Made by a program: the position numbers and the translations under genes. A DNA stretch of 64,000 nucleotides from Eledone cirrhosa (Eukaryota). Below the pieces are notes generated by a model that saw only the letters and a program-made list of their open reading frames with translations, did not search any database and was not told the DNA's origin. Of the stretch, positions 39,711 through 53,400 are shown piece after piece; the stretch's first letter is position 1, and each line of letters starts with the position of its first letter. The stretch lies in contig OZ024740.1 in the NCBI GenBank assembly GCA_964016885.1, positions 284,084,001 through 284,148,000 on the forward strand. The letters are read 5' to 3'.

Positions 39711-42617
39711 TGAGCACAGAGAGGATGGGACAACACTTAGGCCCCCACCAGCCACTTTGCACCAATCTCTCTCATACGCCTTTCTCCATTGCACTTTCTT
39801 TACTTCTACCTAGTTTGTCCAACTCTATTCAGTATGAAAAGATAGCACCTTGCTTCCTAGTCCAGCTCAATTCACAAAGATGAAACCCCTTCCCCTACTT
39901 TCACATTCAATCCATGCCAACATGGAAAGCATAGCATGCCACACCTCTGACCATGTTGAAAGGCTCAGATTGGATTGGGAACGGCATCCAGTTGTGGAAG
40001 CCATGCCAAAATGGAATGTATGAAATAGACATGATCACCTACCTAGCTTAGTCTCAGAATGTGATAACTCACATGGCTCAGGTGGGCATGGAAAATAGAC
40101 ATTTAAGGATGATGGTGATGAGCTCCCCACCACCCCCTGTCACATCTCTAATACATCTTCCTTGTCCAAACCATGCATGCATAGAAAGCCATACAAGCTT
40201 CACAATATACTGCCAAATGCAACACACTTTATTCAAGGCCACTCCCATAACACACCGCTTGCTCTCACACAGTGCAGGTGCCATGACAAAAAGCACTTTG
40301 TCGGCCCTGTAAGGTGATAGCACTGGTGCCACGAAAAAAGCTCCCAGTACATGCTGGATGTGGTCACCTAACCTGTCTGGCCTCATAACATCACAATCCA
40401 TCTAATCCATGCAACATTAAATAGTGACGATGTTGATGATATGTTTAGATAAAGAACTCATCTGACCACTAAGTAGAACCTGCGCGTGCGTGCATGTATG
40501 TGTGTGTGTGTGTGTATATGGAGTGTTAAACATTGCTGCCAACGTACTAATGATAGTCAGCATCAGCAAAAATTATACAATGAAATTCATGAGTTTGGGT
40601 AATTTTCTATGCCTATGATATACAAACTTATTCCAACTCATGAACATAAATATTTATCATAAGTACTACTAGTACTTATGATAAAGTTTCATGCCAAGAA
40701 AGCAAAGCAAAACAAGAAAAACAATCCACAGATGTTCCCTTCATATGTGCACTCACAGACACACTCATATGTATATTCAAGTTAAATCATAAGTAAATAC
40801 CTTTTATCCAATTAAGACTTTCTAAAAATATGTTGGCTGGGTGGAGACTAGAGGAAGTACTAATGATTTTAAAGGAAGAGGATATGAAGCCAAGTAATCA
40901 GAATGTAAGAGATGTATGTAATTGTGTCATTAAACCTTTTGGTACCTAAACCATCTGAAACCAGCCTTGTTTCTATGATATTAAGTTGTTTATTTGAACC
41001 CTTAATAAACTATTTTATTTTCATAGTAAAGGCTTTACCTCACATAATTATCTCACATATTATCAAAGCTATGAGATTTTGATATTATTTATTTTGAGAA
41101 CAATACCTTAACATCAGTATGAGCGGCCGGTTATAGCCGGTTTGAACAGAAAGAAGTGAGAGAATTCTGGCCAATACAGCAGGTTTATTTTTGTAGAAAC
41201 ATTTATATTCCAAACACCATCTTTAATAAAGAAAAAATTAATTTTATTACCACATTCCCTTAAAGTTCTTGATTATTTTCAAAATGATTTTAAAATCATG
41301 AGCAGTGTAATTCATAAAAAATATGGTAGTGAAATGGTTAATGGAGTAATACATATCCTGTGGTAATCGAAGAAGTCTGTGTTATCATAGTAATGTTATA
41401 TCTAGAGGGAACCATGAGAAAAACAAGCCCCCCCCCCCCCCCAAAAAAAAAAAACAATTGCAAACAAGAGGATAAAAAATGCAGCTCATTCTCCAGTATT
41501 CTTCCATAATGTTAAAACAGTTGGAACTAACCAATAGTGAAAACCATCTCATTAATCTTCATTCAGCCATAACCAAATAGTCTTACATATAATAATGACA
41601 TGACCACATTCCATCATATGATGGTAAAAATCTAAATAGATTCAACCTTAAATAGTTAGCTTTTGAATAGTAAACACATCCTTCCATACTTAATAATCTA
41701 ACAATAATTGCAAAATACAAGCAATTTAATATCAAATTGGTTAAAAGGATAAGTTTTTTTTAGCTGTTTTAGATAATCAGGCATGAATAAACATAATGCT
41801 GTAATCTTTATCTTTCTTATTCTGCCATGGGTATCACTAATGATGAAATGCTCACAATTATGTCAGACAATATCAATACAGTAACTTGAATAAAACATTA
41901 AATGGTGACACAACACTCTTGAAAAGTTCATCTAATTGCAAAATCACATGATTGTCTATCCAACCAGCTGCTCAAAAAAATCAAAAGAAAAAAATCAAAC
42001 CAATGTCTGGTATTGAAGACATATTTTGAAATAATAAGACTATGTAAAAAGTGTTGTAGAGTTGCAGGACATTTTGAAATATACTTTGATAGAAAATATT
42101 TTTTAAATTGACATTCATTCTCTATTTAGATCTAATCTAAATTTAAGTACAAATTGTAAACAAATTATTTGAACTAAAAAATTGATAAAATTAAATTACT
42201 GGAAGATATCATTATGCTTTTCTAATCCATTGGCGCCTTCAACTTGTAAAGCTGATTTGTTCACTGGGATATAGAAAACTATTTCAGCTGTAATCTATAT
42301 CTTTGATATCTATTTTATATATATTTTTTTAAATGTAGAATACATTGGAAAAAGCCCTCAAAATCTCCTTTCGTCGAGGTTAACTTTGCCTTTCATCCTT
42401 TCGGGGTCGATAAAATAAAGTACCAGTAATGTACTGGGTAATTGCTGGCCTTGTGCTAAAAACAGAAACAATTATATAACTAATTAAATTAGAGACTTCC
42501 TGAAATTTTGAAAAACTACTTTGAAAAACACTGTGTTAAGAATATGCCTCAACCTATAAAACAATATTATTATTTTGAACCTCCAAAATATTTATTCCAA
42601 CCAGACTCTTTCACTGT

Positions 42618-43108
42618 ATTCTGTCTGTAATACAGACATACATAGGAAAACATTTCTCTACATTCTGTCTATAATACAGACATACATAGGAAAACATTTG
42701 TCTATATTCTGTAATACAGACAGACATATGGGAAAACGTTTGTCTACATTCTATCTGTAATTTAGACATACATAGGAAAACATTTGTCTACATTCTGTAA
42801 TACAGACATACATAGGAAAACATTTGTCTATATTCTGTAATACAGACATATATAGGAAAACATGTCTACATTCTGTAATACAGACATACATAGGAAAATA
42901 TTTGACTACATTCTGTAATAGACATACATAGGAAAACGTTTGTCTACATTCTGTAATACAGACATACATAGGAAAATATTTGACTACATTCTGTAATACA
43001 GACATACATAGGAAAACATTTGACTACATTCTGTAAAACAGATATACATGGGAAAACGTTTGTCTACATTCTGCCTGTAATACAGACATACATAGGAAAA
43101 CATTTGCC
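42618..43108 (+). repeat. Minisatellite, ~12 copies of ~40 bp (ttctgtaatacagacatacataggaaaacatttgtctaca)
   Basis: Read directly. Confidence 0.9.
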
Positions 43109-43614
43109 ATGAATTACAATAAGATTATTTTTCATTTTCACATAAATATATTTTTAGAAGTGTTTGTAAGATCTTGATTATTCTTGGTTTAATTTGCATA
43201 TTTCTAAATTACCCCTCTAGAAAGAAATAGGTGACAAAGGATACAAACACAAACACATAGGCACACACACATACATATATATGGACGTATATATTCTGTC
43301 TAATCCATGCCCCATCTAACCCATGCTACCATGGAAAAATGGACGTTAAACGATGATGATGATATATATGTGTGTGTGTTTGTGTGCATGCATGCGTGTG
43401 TTCATATGTTTGTGTGTGTACAAACAATATGGGTTCGAGGAAGATTGGTTAAGAGGTTCACATCCCAATTCTGAGGCTACAAGTTTGGACCCAATGTAAA
43501 TCAGCTTAAGAATGTCTGACAGCTGGCAAAAATGAATTGAGTTGTACCTGTAATTCAAAGGGTTAGTCTTGTCACACATTGTATCATGCTGAATTTTCCT
43601 GAGAATTATGTTAA

Positions 43615-43822
43615 CCCTTTAGCATTTACATTACTCTATATTTACTATTATAATTTCACAGTAAATACTTTATCTCACATAATATCGAATCTATGAAATT
43701 TTGATGCTATTTATTTTGAGAACAACACTTTAACATCAGTATAAGCAGCTGGTTACAGCCGATTTGAACAGAAAGAGGTGAGAGAATTCTGGCCAGATAC
43801 AGCTGGTTTAAATGCTAAAGGG
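43615..43822. mobile_element. piggyBac-like MITE (TTAA TSD) inserted in an older SINE
   Basis: ttaa|ccctttagcattta ... taaatgctaaaggg|ttaa. Confidence 0.82.
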
Positions 43823-45176
43823 TTAAGAATGAATGTATTTGTGTAATGCTTATCCCCTTTTGTATTAATTTCATGAACCAGTATTCCATTGATTGAATCA
43901 TCTGGAACACTCATAGTTGGAAATGACAAAGGTCTAACAACAATGACAAATGAAATACACTGTCTATGCAATCCAATTTATTGTGAAATTAATAAAAAAA
44001 ATCCGGAGGAATTTAATAAAATAATTAACTGTTTCATTAGTAAATTAATATTCGGAGATTTACTTGACAAAAAATTCTTAAATATGATGGAAAGTTTAGG
44101 TACAAAAATATTAAAATGGGCTATATTGTATCATAAATCTTTGGTGGTTTCAGGTGGGTTGGTTTCAAAAGGGTTATTTCTATGTTTTTTTAATATGATT
44201 TAATTAATTACAATAAGATTTAATAAGTTCACATAAATATACACATCTTCACATTATACATACATGCAGACATAGATGTGTACATAAAATCATGTAGCAG
44301 AAGGTCATGGAAGACAGCAAAGCACAATGCTAAAGTCAGATGACAAGAAGTTCAGCTTTACAGACAAGATGACCAGGAGTTGGGGAAGATATGATATGCT
44401 GCACTGCAGATCTATTTAATTCATGTCAGTATAACTAATACATGTTCACACTATATAGATATATAGATATAGTCCATAAAAGATAACAACCAATTATGAT
44501 AGATACACATAATGTGTTAATAATATAGAAAATCCATATGTTAAACATATGAGTGATTTTTCATATACTAAACTACTGCATCATTTAATGTCCATTTTTC
44601 TACACTTGCATGGGTTAGATGGGTTGTCACGTCATAAGAAAAGTCGATCCGGAGGCCAATATGCTCATACGGATCTGTATTTTTAGTTGGTTTCTGTAAC
44701 TTGAATACCCTTTGCAATACCAATCATGTTGCCGTGTGGACTGGGTGCTTTTTATCATGGCACTGAAGTGACAACTGGGTGCCTGTTGTTGTGTCATCAA
44801 CTTGACTACCTTGCAGGGTTGACTGGGTGCTTTTTGTTATGTCACCAGCTTGACTACCTTACTGATATAAATGAAGAGCAGGCAATAAAGAACCTTAATA
44901 CTTACAGGAAGATCTAAATGCAACATACAAGTGAGTTGTAGACAGCAATATACAATTTAATGCTGGAAAATTTCGGGTCCTCTGTTATTAGCCCACAAAC
45001 ACTAACTGGTATCACTGTGCTGGTATCATGATAAAATGACCCAATACATTCTGCAAACTTTTTGGTCTTAGGAAAGGCATCCAGCATGTAAAAACCATGC
45101 TAACCCATCCAAAACAGATATAAAATGATGAAGATGATGATGATATAAAAGAATATATATATATATATGTAGAAAA

Positions 45177-45325
45177 TAATTGTTTCTACTTTAGGCACAA
45201 GGCCAGCAATTAACCAGTACATTACTGGTACTTTATTTTATCGACCCCGTAAGGATGAAAGGCAAAGTTAACCTCGGCGGGATTTGAACTCAGACTGTAA
45301 AGGGACGTAACTATGCTAGAAAGCA
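45177..45325 (-). mobile_element. 5'-truncated SINE family A with TSD atatatgtagaaaataat
   Basis: Reverse complement of the consensus; direct repeat on both flanks. Confidence 0.88.
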
Positions 45326-45364
45326 TATATGTAGAAAATAATAAACCATAGAAGCACAGAAAAA

Positions 45365-45705
45365 TGGCCTGTGTGCGAACTGCAATTTTACATGACAGTG
45401 AAACATGGCCCTTAACTTCAGAAAACCTGAGAACACTAGAAAGAAATGAAGTGAGTATGCTCCAATCGATGTGTAATGTTAGTGTGGTGTGCATGAACAG
45501 GCTAAGAGAAACACTCGGCTTAAGAGGAATTGGATGTAATGTACAAGAGAAAAGACTGCATTGGTATGGACATATGATGTGTATGGAAAATGACAGCAGT
45601 AAAAGAAATGCAGAGAAATCTCAGAGACTGGGACTCATGGAAGAGGCAGACTCAGGAATACTTGAGATGAGGTAATGAAGACTGACCTAAAGAAGCTAAA
45701 CTTCA
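45365..45705 (+). mobile_element. RTE LINE 3' fragment
   Basis: ACVRTAILHDSETW...LERNEVSML...RLHWYGHMM. Confidence 0.85.
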
Positions 45706-46244
45706 CAACAGTTGTTTATTTGTTTATATATCCTGGTTGGAACGTAAGGCTAAAAATGATGGGTAAGTAGTTAGTCTTGTTGTAATGGTAACACTGTTCT
45801 CTGTAATGGTAACCCAACATTGCAGTAAAAGTGCTGAAAATTGGAAGTGAACTTCTTACTCTTTTAAGATTTTAAACACACACGCATACAAATCATAAAC
45901 ACACAGACATTATAGGCATTCTATTATTTAACTATACCAAATCTAGATATAGTAAGTTCTATAGTGCAGAATATCATATATATGAGTACATTACATCTAT
46001 CTATTAACTGATAACATGTCTTAATTACCTGCACACTAACTATATCAAATGTAATGCCACTAACATTGAATGCGCTTTCAAGTGTCAGTATTTAGCTGAT
46101 GATGTTCAGCAAATGAGCTAAAAATCTAACTTTTGATGAGACACTGCTTCATTAACATTCCTAGAAGATATGGAACTCATTTTTGACAGCTGGATGAACC
46201 AGTATGAATTCTCAACAGTGTATAGTATGCAGTAAGATCTAGAC

Positions 46245-47359
46245 CACTGGTTCTTAACCTGCGGTTCTGTCACCACCAAATGTTGCGAGGTTCAATTCTT
46301 GGGGTGCCAAAAAAAACAACTTTTTTTCCTTTTGCTTCTCATCATTCAGTGTTTTCTAGCTTTCCATTTGTTTCAACTTAACTACAATTGTGTTGTTTTA
46401 TTATTGTCAGACACTATGCTTCGCAGCAGAGAGTTACGGCCCTTTACGTTCTGAGTTCAAATCCCACCGAGGTAATCTTTTCCTCCTCATACTTATGGAG
46501 ATCGATAAAATAAAGTACCAGTAACGTACTGAGGTCGATTTCTTCGACTTTCCCCTTCCTCCAAAATTGTTGGCCTAGTGCCTAAATCAGAAACCATTAT
46601 TATGTGGATTGGCAGTATCGGTAGAGGGTCGGACGCCATGCTTCGAAGCATAGAGTTACCTCCCTGTATGATGTGAGTTCAAATCCCGCCGAGGTTAACT
46701 TTGCCTTTCATCCTTACAGGGTCGATAAAATAAAGTACCAGTAATGCACTTGGTAATTGCTGGCCTTGTGCCAAAAGTAGGAACAATTATTATGTGGATT
46801 GGCAGTATCGGTAGAGGGTTGGACGCCATGCTTTGCAGCAAAGAGTTACAACCCTTTCTGGTCTGAGTTCAAATCCCGCCAAGGTTAACTTTGCCTTTCA
46901 TCCTTACGGGGTCGATAAAATAAAGTACCAGTAATACACTGGTATAATTGCTGGCCTTGTGCCAAAAGTAGAAACAATTATTATTTATTACTTAGTCACC
47001 GTGTGATTTGTGGTATAGTAAAGTAATGTTGTCTTATTCTGTTTTATTTTCACATAACAGATACATAAAGTCCAAGAAAAGAAAGTGGAACTATGATTAC
47101 AATCTGTTTGGCTTCACTTGTATAACCAAACAGAAGTCACATTAAACATTAAAATATTTTCATTGGATATTTTCTGTTATTTTCAAAAGATTGTATTTAT
47201 TAATCATAGTAGTTAATTAATTAAATAGTAGCAGCTAAGTGGTTGATAATTTGACCTGAAAATTCAAGTTATTTTGTTTTATGTGCTAGGCCTACGGTTG
47301 CAGAATGGAATTTTAAACTCTAAGGGTTTGCCGCAATAGGAAATGGTTAAGAATCACTG
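46245..47359. mobile_element. hAT (Charlie-like) MITE with three nested SINEs
   Basis: TIR cactggttcttaacc / ggttaagaatcactg; 8-bp TSD atctagac/atctagat. Confidence 0.82.
46415..46985 (+). mobile_element. Three head-to-tail SINE family A copies
   Basis: Consensus repeated three times, joined at attattatgtgg. Confidence 0.9.
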
Positions 47360-49101
47360 ATCTAGATGTTTGTAAGGCTTGCTCAGAATTAACCTACGGA
47401 CAAACAACATCTGTGTTTCTTAAATAACTTAATTATTTAAACTAAACTAAAAGTACATTATACCCCTAAGTGGTATTATCAAGATAGCGGGTACATTTGA
47501 AAACACACATTATCCTTTATCTTAAAGTTGCATAACAGAAATAAGTTCGACATCATACGTCAACGTAATTTTATCATTTGTTCAGCGGCTTTGAGACTTG
47601 TGATAGCTGACACCGTTTTCCACACAGGGTCATATCTTAGGAAACTATAGACAGAAGCAGTACAAGGATGAATTACAGTGTTTGCGTTATACGGTTACGC
47701 AAACTGTACGTTGTGCGTTCAAATCCCAGAGTAGTTGACCTCGCATTTCATATTCCAGTATTTTGGGAGTTGATGAGTGAACATTACACACCTCTGCCAA
47801 AACGTGTAATTTTGTATAATTGATGTTAGAAATATATGTTTACACACGCACACACATTAAATTTATTTATTTAGTCAGTGTAAAGCTAGTAAACCATGAC
47901 AAGGTTAGAAAGTTATTTAATATCCCTTATAAGAAGAACCAAACAAGACAAAGAGAAAGGGGAGAAAGGACAAACAAAGAGCAGTTAAATGTTTTCTTTT
48001 TGTAAGTGGGGAAAAAGTCAAAGAGAGGTGCAGAGAGAGGTGCAGTGTAGTTTGCTATGAAATTATATAATTGATGTTGCATATGAGGGAGGAAGGGAAC
48101 ACGAATGCCTGATGTATTTAGGACATCAAACTTCTCAATGTGTAGCGGGAAAAAAAAAAAAATAAATGCGAGGAAATAAAGTCAGTTTCTTTATCACCAT
48201 AATTTGAATCACGTGTTGCCAACAGTGACTTTATTGGATCTACAGAAAAAGTTATCATTTTGCCAATGAGGGAACTTTTACGAGGTCGTTCGCCATGCTA
48301 GAAATAACAGTCAAATTCCGCTCAAGTCGTACATATTAAAGGAAAAAATATGAAATACGCAATGATTACGGTTGCTGCCAACACCTTTGATTATTGGTCT
48401 GCCCAACTACTGCTAACCTAAATAACAACACGAGACCACAAATTGTGTCTAGAAAACATCAAACATTTGCAGCTTCTTCTAAACTTAGAAGTAAAGTTTC
48501 GTTTAATTACGTTAACGTGTTCTTGTTTAGCCCTAGGCCAGCTCTTATCGAACGAACAAACAATCAAAGACATTCTAGCCATAACCACCCTGTCTTTTCA
48601 AATACTTAATCCAAGAAATTACCCAACGTGCCTTCCTTTTTCGTGATCCGAGAGAGATTTGACTGCTGTTTTTAGCAGGTCAAGCGACCATATATTTCGT
48701 TAACCTGAGATTTGAAAAACAGGGAATCAGCCCAGTTCTATTCAACATTATCTTACTAATAGTTACTAAAATAAAGACAGTACCTATACAGATATTTCCT
48801 TCTCCCGCCCCTTTCTCAAAACTAACCAAAATTGTAGAATAGCAAATTGTAATAAAATACTTTAAAAATAAATAATGTGCTGTGACTAAAAGCTAACAAC
48901 TAGGGCAAAACAATAAAAATAGGGAAACTTTTAGAGGTAACAAAACGGGGGGGTTATGCCGTTCTTTCATTTTCTAAGATAAAGATTCATTAATTCACAG
49001 CGTAAAAAAAAGTATGTAAACATAAAATTGATATTAACAATTATAAGTACTTGGACTGATTTTTTGTATTACTGTCCACAGAATGAAATGATTTTAGTAA
49101 T

Positions 49102-49132
<31 letters not shown>

Positions 49133-49134
49133 TA

Positions 49135-49331
49135 CGAGGGTCATCTGAAAAGTTCATAGGCTGACTATGAAGGATTAATGCTAGAGCTGTGAAACCTTGC
49201 ATGCATTAATTTAAGCTCATCTTATTAATAACTGCATTGTTTCTTTCAGGGACTATGTTGAAAAATAAACCTCATTTGGTCATTCCATGAGAGTATCTTG
49301 GTCAGCCTATGAACTTTTCAGCCGACTCTCG
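49135..49331. mobile_element. Tc1/mariner-type MITE
   Basis: TIRs cgagggtcatctgaaaagttcataggctgac / gtcagcctatgaacttttcagccgactctcg, flanked by TA. Confidence 0.85.
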
Positions 49332-49559
49332 TATATAAACAAAGATGTGAAGATTTAACAATTCACTCTCTTTCTTTCTCACTTTCTTTTCGACAGGAAG
49401 GAAATGACAACTAGAAGCTACTTGTTTCGGTCATTTGTGAACTGACAGAATAAACAAATAATATATAATGTAAACATACAAACGATTGGTTTACACATAA
49501 CTTTCAGATCAAACCGAAGAACTGTTAAACCATTTTCTAAGTAGCAACAAATGCTAATC

Positions 49560-50230
49560 TAGACACGAGACAGACACTTGTCAACCACAAAAATCGAAAC
49601 GAAGATCGTAGAGGAAATCGGATAAGAAAATCAGTGACGAAGCGAAGTGATGATGAGTAAAAGTGTTATCGATCCTCTTTTCCAACAAAAGAATTCGAAC
49701 TAAACAACGATTGAGATTTGGTTTATGCTGAAATAAAGACAAAATAAACAACAACAAATAATATATTACCTCGAGATCACTCCATATTGAATCTTCGCTG
49801 TCGGAAGAACCGTCGGTGTGCACTAGTTGTAACCTTTTGTGAAGGATGTGTAACGGCTTCACCAAGACTTCCTCGAGCCGATCCTGACTGCTGGCCATAG
49901 CTACTATGATGTCGAATAACAACAGATTTGTTAATGCCACATGTAAAATGAAGTAGAGTGGAACAGGCGTGCGTCAAACCAATAGTAGCAGTGCCACAGA
50001 CACTGAAGTCGAAGTGGCAGTGTTTTGACAAGGAATAACAACTGGTTGGCTAAAGCAGAGCAACACCATTTCAATAGGGAAGTGACGGAGGTTTTCCAGG
50101 CAACGTGCAAACCCCTTTACACATGTGACGTTGTGAAGGATTTTCCGATGCAAATAATCCAAATAAATAAATGGTCGTATGAACGAAACCTTCTAACCAC
50201 GCCTACGTATCCCCCTCCCCCGAAAGAAAG
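49560..50230 (-). promoter_or_regulatory. CpG-enriched putative promoter / first-exon region
   Basis: Visibly higher CpG density in non-repeat sequence than in the CpG-poor introns; surrounds the candidate first exon. Confidence 0.45.
49770..49898 (-). CDS. MCTP: Probable first coding exon of the MCTP gene (MASSQDRLEEVLVKPLHILHKRLQLVHTDGSSDSEDSIWSDLE)
   Basis: ATG in gctATGg context at 49898; 43 codons; donor GAG|GTAAT at 49769. The phase-0 end fits the phase-0 start of exon 23400-23295. Lies in a CpG-rich island. Linked to MCTP by phase and position only, not by homology. Confidence 0.6.
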
Positions 50231-50684
50231 AAAAAAGAAAGAATAAATTAAATATCTCTGATTAACATATATAAAATTCGTTCACGAAGCTTTATTCGTA
50301 GAATACATTCATTCAAAAGAACAAGATATTTTTACTATAAAATATATGATTAATGTCAACTGGGCACTACTCATCTCAAAGAAAATGAGAATTTAAAATA
50401 ACCACAAATATATATATATTTTTTATTTTATTTATTTATCTGAGTGTATGTGTGTGTATGTATATGTGTGTGTATGTATGTGTGTGTATATATATGTATG
50501 TGTATGTGTGTGTATATATATGTATGTGTATGTGTGTGTATATATATATATATGTGTATGTGTGTGCGCGTGCGTAAAATAATTTTATTTTCAGGTTTTA
50601 GTTGCATAATTTTTCCATAGAAATATTTTGAAATGCTGAGGTATAAAATATATTATTATTATTAGTTGTAGTAGTAGCATTATA

Positions 50685-51512
50685 ATTCAAATGCCACCGA
50701 TGTTAGTTTGCCTTTCTTCCTTACGGGCAGGGTTGGATTCAGATCTTGGGGAGCCCCGGGACACTTCAAGTTTTTTTGTTGTTGTTTTTTTTTGGTGGGG
50801 TGTCCCTCATACACGAACAATTAGAATACAGAGCCCCTCCCCCACCCCCAATATTAATTGGAATTGAAAAGTTATACATACAAGTATTAAATTTAAAAAT
50901 ATGCTAACCATCCTAAAACAGCTGAGGGCACAAATAAATTGCTACGGCCCTCGCTGGTGGGGGTAATTGCTTCCTTTGTCCCCCCATTAAATCCGGCCCT
51001 GCTTACGAGGTCGATAAAATAAAGCACCAGCAATGCACTGAGGTCGATTATTATCGATTTTCCTCTCCCCCCAAAATTGCTGGCCTTGTGCCTAAATCAG
51101 ACACCATTAGTATTATTGTTCAAATGCCACCGATGTTAGCTTTGCTTTTCATTCTTACAGAGTCGATAAAATAAAGTACCAGTAATGTACTGGAGTTGAT
51201 TTGATCCACAAACAGCCCCCCCCCCCCCCCCCCCGGCCAAAAAAAAAATGTATTGGCCTTATGCTTAAATCAGAAACCATTATTATTTTAGTTCCGGGCG
51301 GTGGGTTGCAGTATCGGTAGAGGGTCGGATGCCATGCTTTGTAGTATAGAGTTACGGCCCTTTATGGTCTGAGTTCAAATCCCGCCGAGGTTAACTTTGC
51401 CTTTCACCCTTACAGGGTCGATAAAATAAAGTACCTGTAAAGCACTTAGATCGATTTAATTGACTTCCCCCTAACTTTCAAATTGTGGGCCTTGTCCCAA
51501 ATGTAAAAACAA
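50685..51512 (+). mobile_element. Cluster of three SINE family A copies (first interrupted by a MITE)
   Basis: Consensus fragments. Confidence 0.85.
50728..51001. mobile_element. hAT-type MITE inserted into a SINE
   Basis: TIR cagggttggatt / aatccggccctg; 8-bp TSD cttacggg/cttacgag splitting the SINE motif ccttacggggtcgataaa. Confidence 0.8.
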
Positions 51513-51844
51513 TTTTTATACCTTTGTCTCACAAAATGAGGGTAACTTCTAAGTCTTTGAAAAATAAGTATAAGTTGAATAATAGTTCAATTTAAATGAC
51601 TACCCTGCCACCACCACCACCAAACTTGTATCTATGTTAAAAAGATAATGATAATTAATATCGTCGTAAGGAAAAGGAGTGTGGGCTGGTAGAATGTCTT
51701 GCAGTAGTTTTGTTTTGTTTTTTGCCTTTCTCATATTTCCAGGGTAAATAAAATATAGTTACTAGTCAAGGACTGGCCTAACTCCCACAAATATAAAATA
51801 TCCGAACTTCCACAAAAAAAAAAAAAGAAATCATAGCTTTGTGT

Positions 51845-52810
51845 TAAACCTTGGCCAAGGCTGATGGAGCTCCCAGAAATCCTTAGTCTAGCAGTAATAC
51901 TACTAGTGGTGGTGCTGGGGCACAGTCACTTCAAAATAAACTCTAGAGACACAGAAATGCCATGTCAGGTGAGCCTGAGATGTATTCAAGGCAATGAAAC
52001 CATCTTGCATGTACTCATCCAGTGTCTGAGTATTGCTAACTAGTGGAGCTATGTCAAACAATTGCTATTGTGTGGAGAACAGATCTAGCTACCAGCTGAG
52101 CCTATCACGCAATTAGCCCCACTATCTTCCTTTAGTCAGGAAAAGCAGGCAATTTTCATCTGCCTGGTGGCTAACATGAAAGAAGTTATGTGATAGACAC
52201 AATTGAAAGGGTTGAAGACTGACACTTCTCTTTTTGGTAAAGTCCTGATTAACTTTATCAAGTTTCTCTTGAAGAGGAAAATCAAGGTGGAGAGGAAAAT
52301 GTTGCATTCTGACTAGTTTATTGAAAGGTAGATGACAGTGGAGAGCATAGTGAATGGGCCTACCCTGAGTATGCACCTGTTGACTAGAGGAGGGCAGCCA
52401 GTGTCAGATTTACCATTGTGCTTAGGTGTGCTTATGCACAGGGCCCTGTTGGCTAGGGAAGGTCATCTTCTTGTGTAGGCCTACCAGGCCTACCTCCTTC
52501 AGGACCTAAGGGGCTTCATAACTTAACTAGCACAGGGCCCCATTTATCCTAAATCTGGCACTGAGGACAGTTAAGAGGGGTCACTTGCCCTAGCAGTCAG
52601 AGTGGCCATAGCTTCTTGTGGGTTTTCTCTGTGGGTGACCCTCAGAAGTCTCTCGGCTGATGGAGAATTTCTCTGGTTTTAATTTTTACATGTTTGTTGT
52701 TTCCGTTATCATACTTTTTACATGAAAAAAAACCCCACATTGTATCATCCTGTGCTACATTTAATGCTTTTTCATGTGAACCCTTTCTGGCAAATAAAGA
52801 AATCATTATT
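51845..52810 (+). mobile_element. L1/Tx1-like LINE 3' fragment
   Basis: RCIQGNETILHVLIQC...WSYV (CCHC finger), KIKVER; ends with aataaa near 52793. Confidence 0.6.
52399..52563. mobile_element. hAT-type MITE inside L1/Tx1 fragment
   Basis: TIR cagtgtcagattta / taaatctggcactg; imperfect TSD agggcagc/aggacagt. Confidence 0.7.
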
Positions 52811-52833
52811 ACTATTATAAGGAATTTTCTTTA

Positions 52834-53015
52834 GGGCAGTGGATGGCAGTTTTGGTAGAGTGTCAGATACTATGCTTTGCGACACAGAGTTATGGCCCTT
52901 TATGTTCTGAGTTCAAATCCCGCTGAGGTTAACTTTGCCTTTCATCCTTACGGGGTCGATAAATAAAGCACCAGTAATGCACTGGAATAATTACTGGCCT
53001 TGTGCCAAAAGTATA
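52834..53015 (+). mobile_element. SINE family A
   Basis: Same consensus; flanking repeat tattataaggaat. Confidence 0.88.
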
Positions 53016-53119
53016 TTATTATTATAAGGAATGTTGTTACATAACCCCTAAAATATCTAAGAAAACCATTTTCAAAAAAAAAAAAGAACTCACAGAAACA
53101 TTTGTAAATAAAATATTAA

Positions 53120-53400
53120 ATGATAGTGCAGAATTATGCAACATTGAAACATGTTCTGGCAGCATGTAAGTCATCTCTTGCAGAGCACTCATGGCATCAT
53201 AATCAAGTTCTGTGTGCCCTTGATAATGCATTAAAACAACAATGCAGTAGCATTAATGCAAGAAAACATGCATGGCTGTACCCTGTTGTCTTCCACAAGA
53301 TGGGTAAAGAAAGAAAAGCTGGTACCCATACGTCTGCACGTGCTAATGACAGGAAGGCACAGGCAGATTTGAAGAAATTGCTGCTAAATCAACACAAGGC
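53120..53400 (+). mobile_element. REL-type (NeSL/Hero-like) retrotransposon fragment
   Basis: TLKHVLAACKSSLAEHSWHHNQVL resembles the TL.HILS.C...Y.WRHNQVL motif. Confidence 0.55.
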
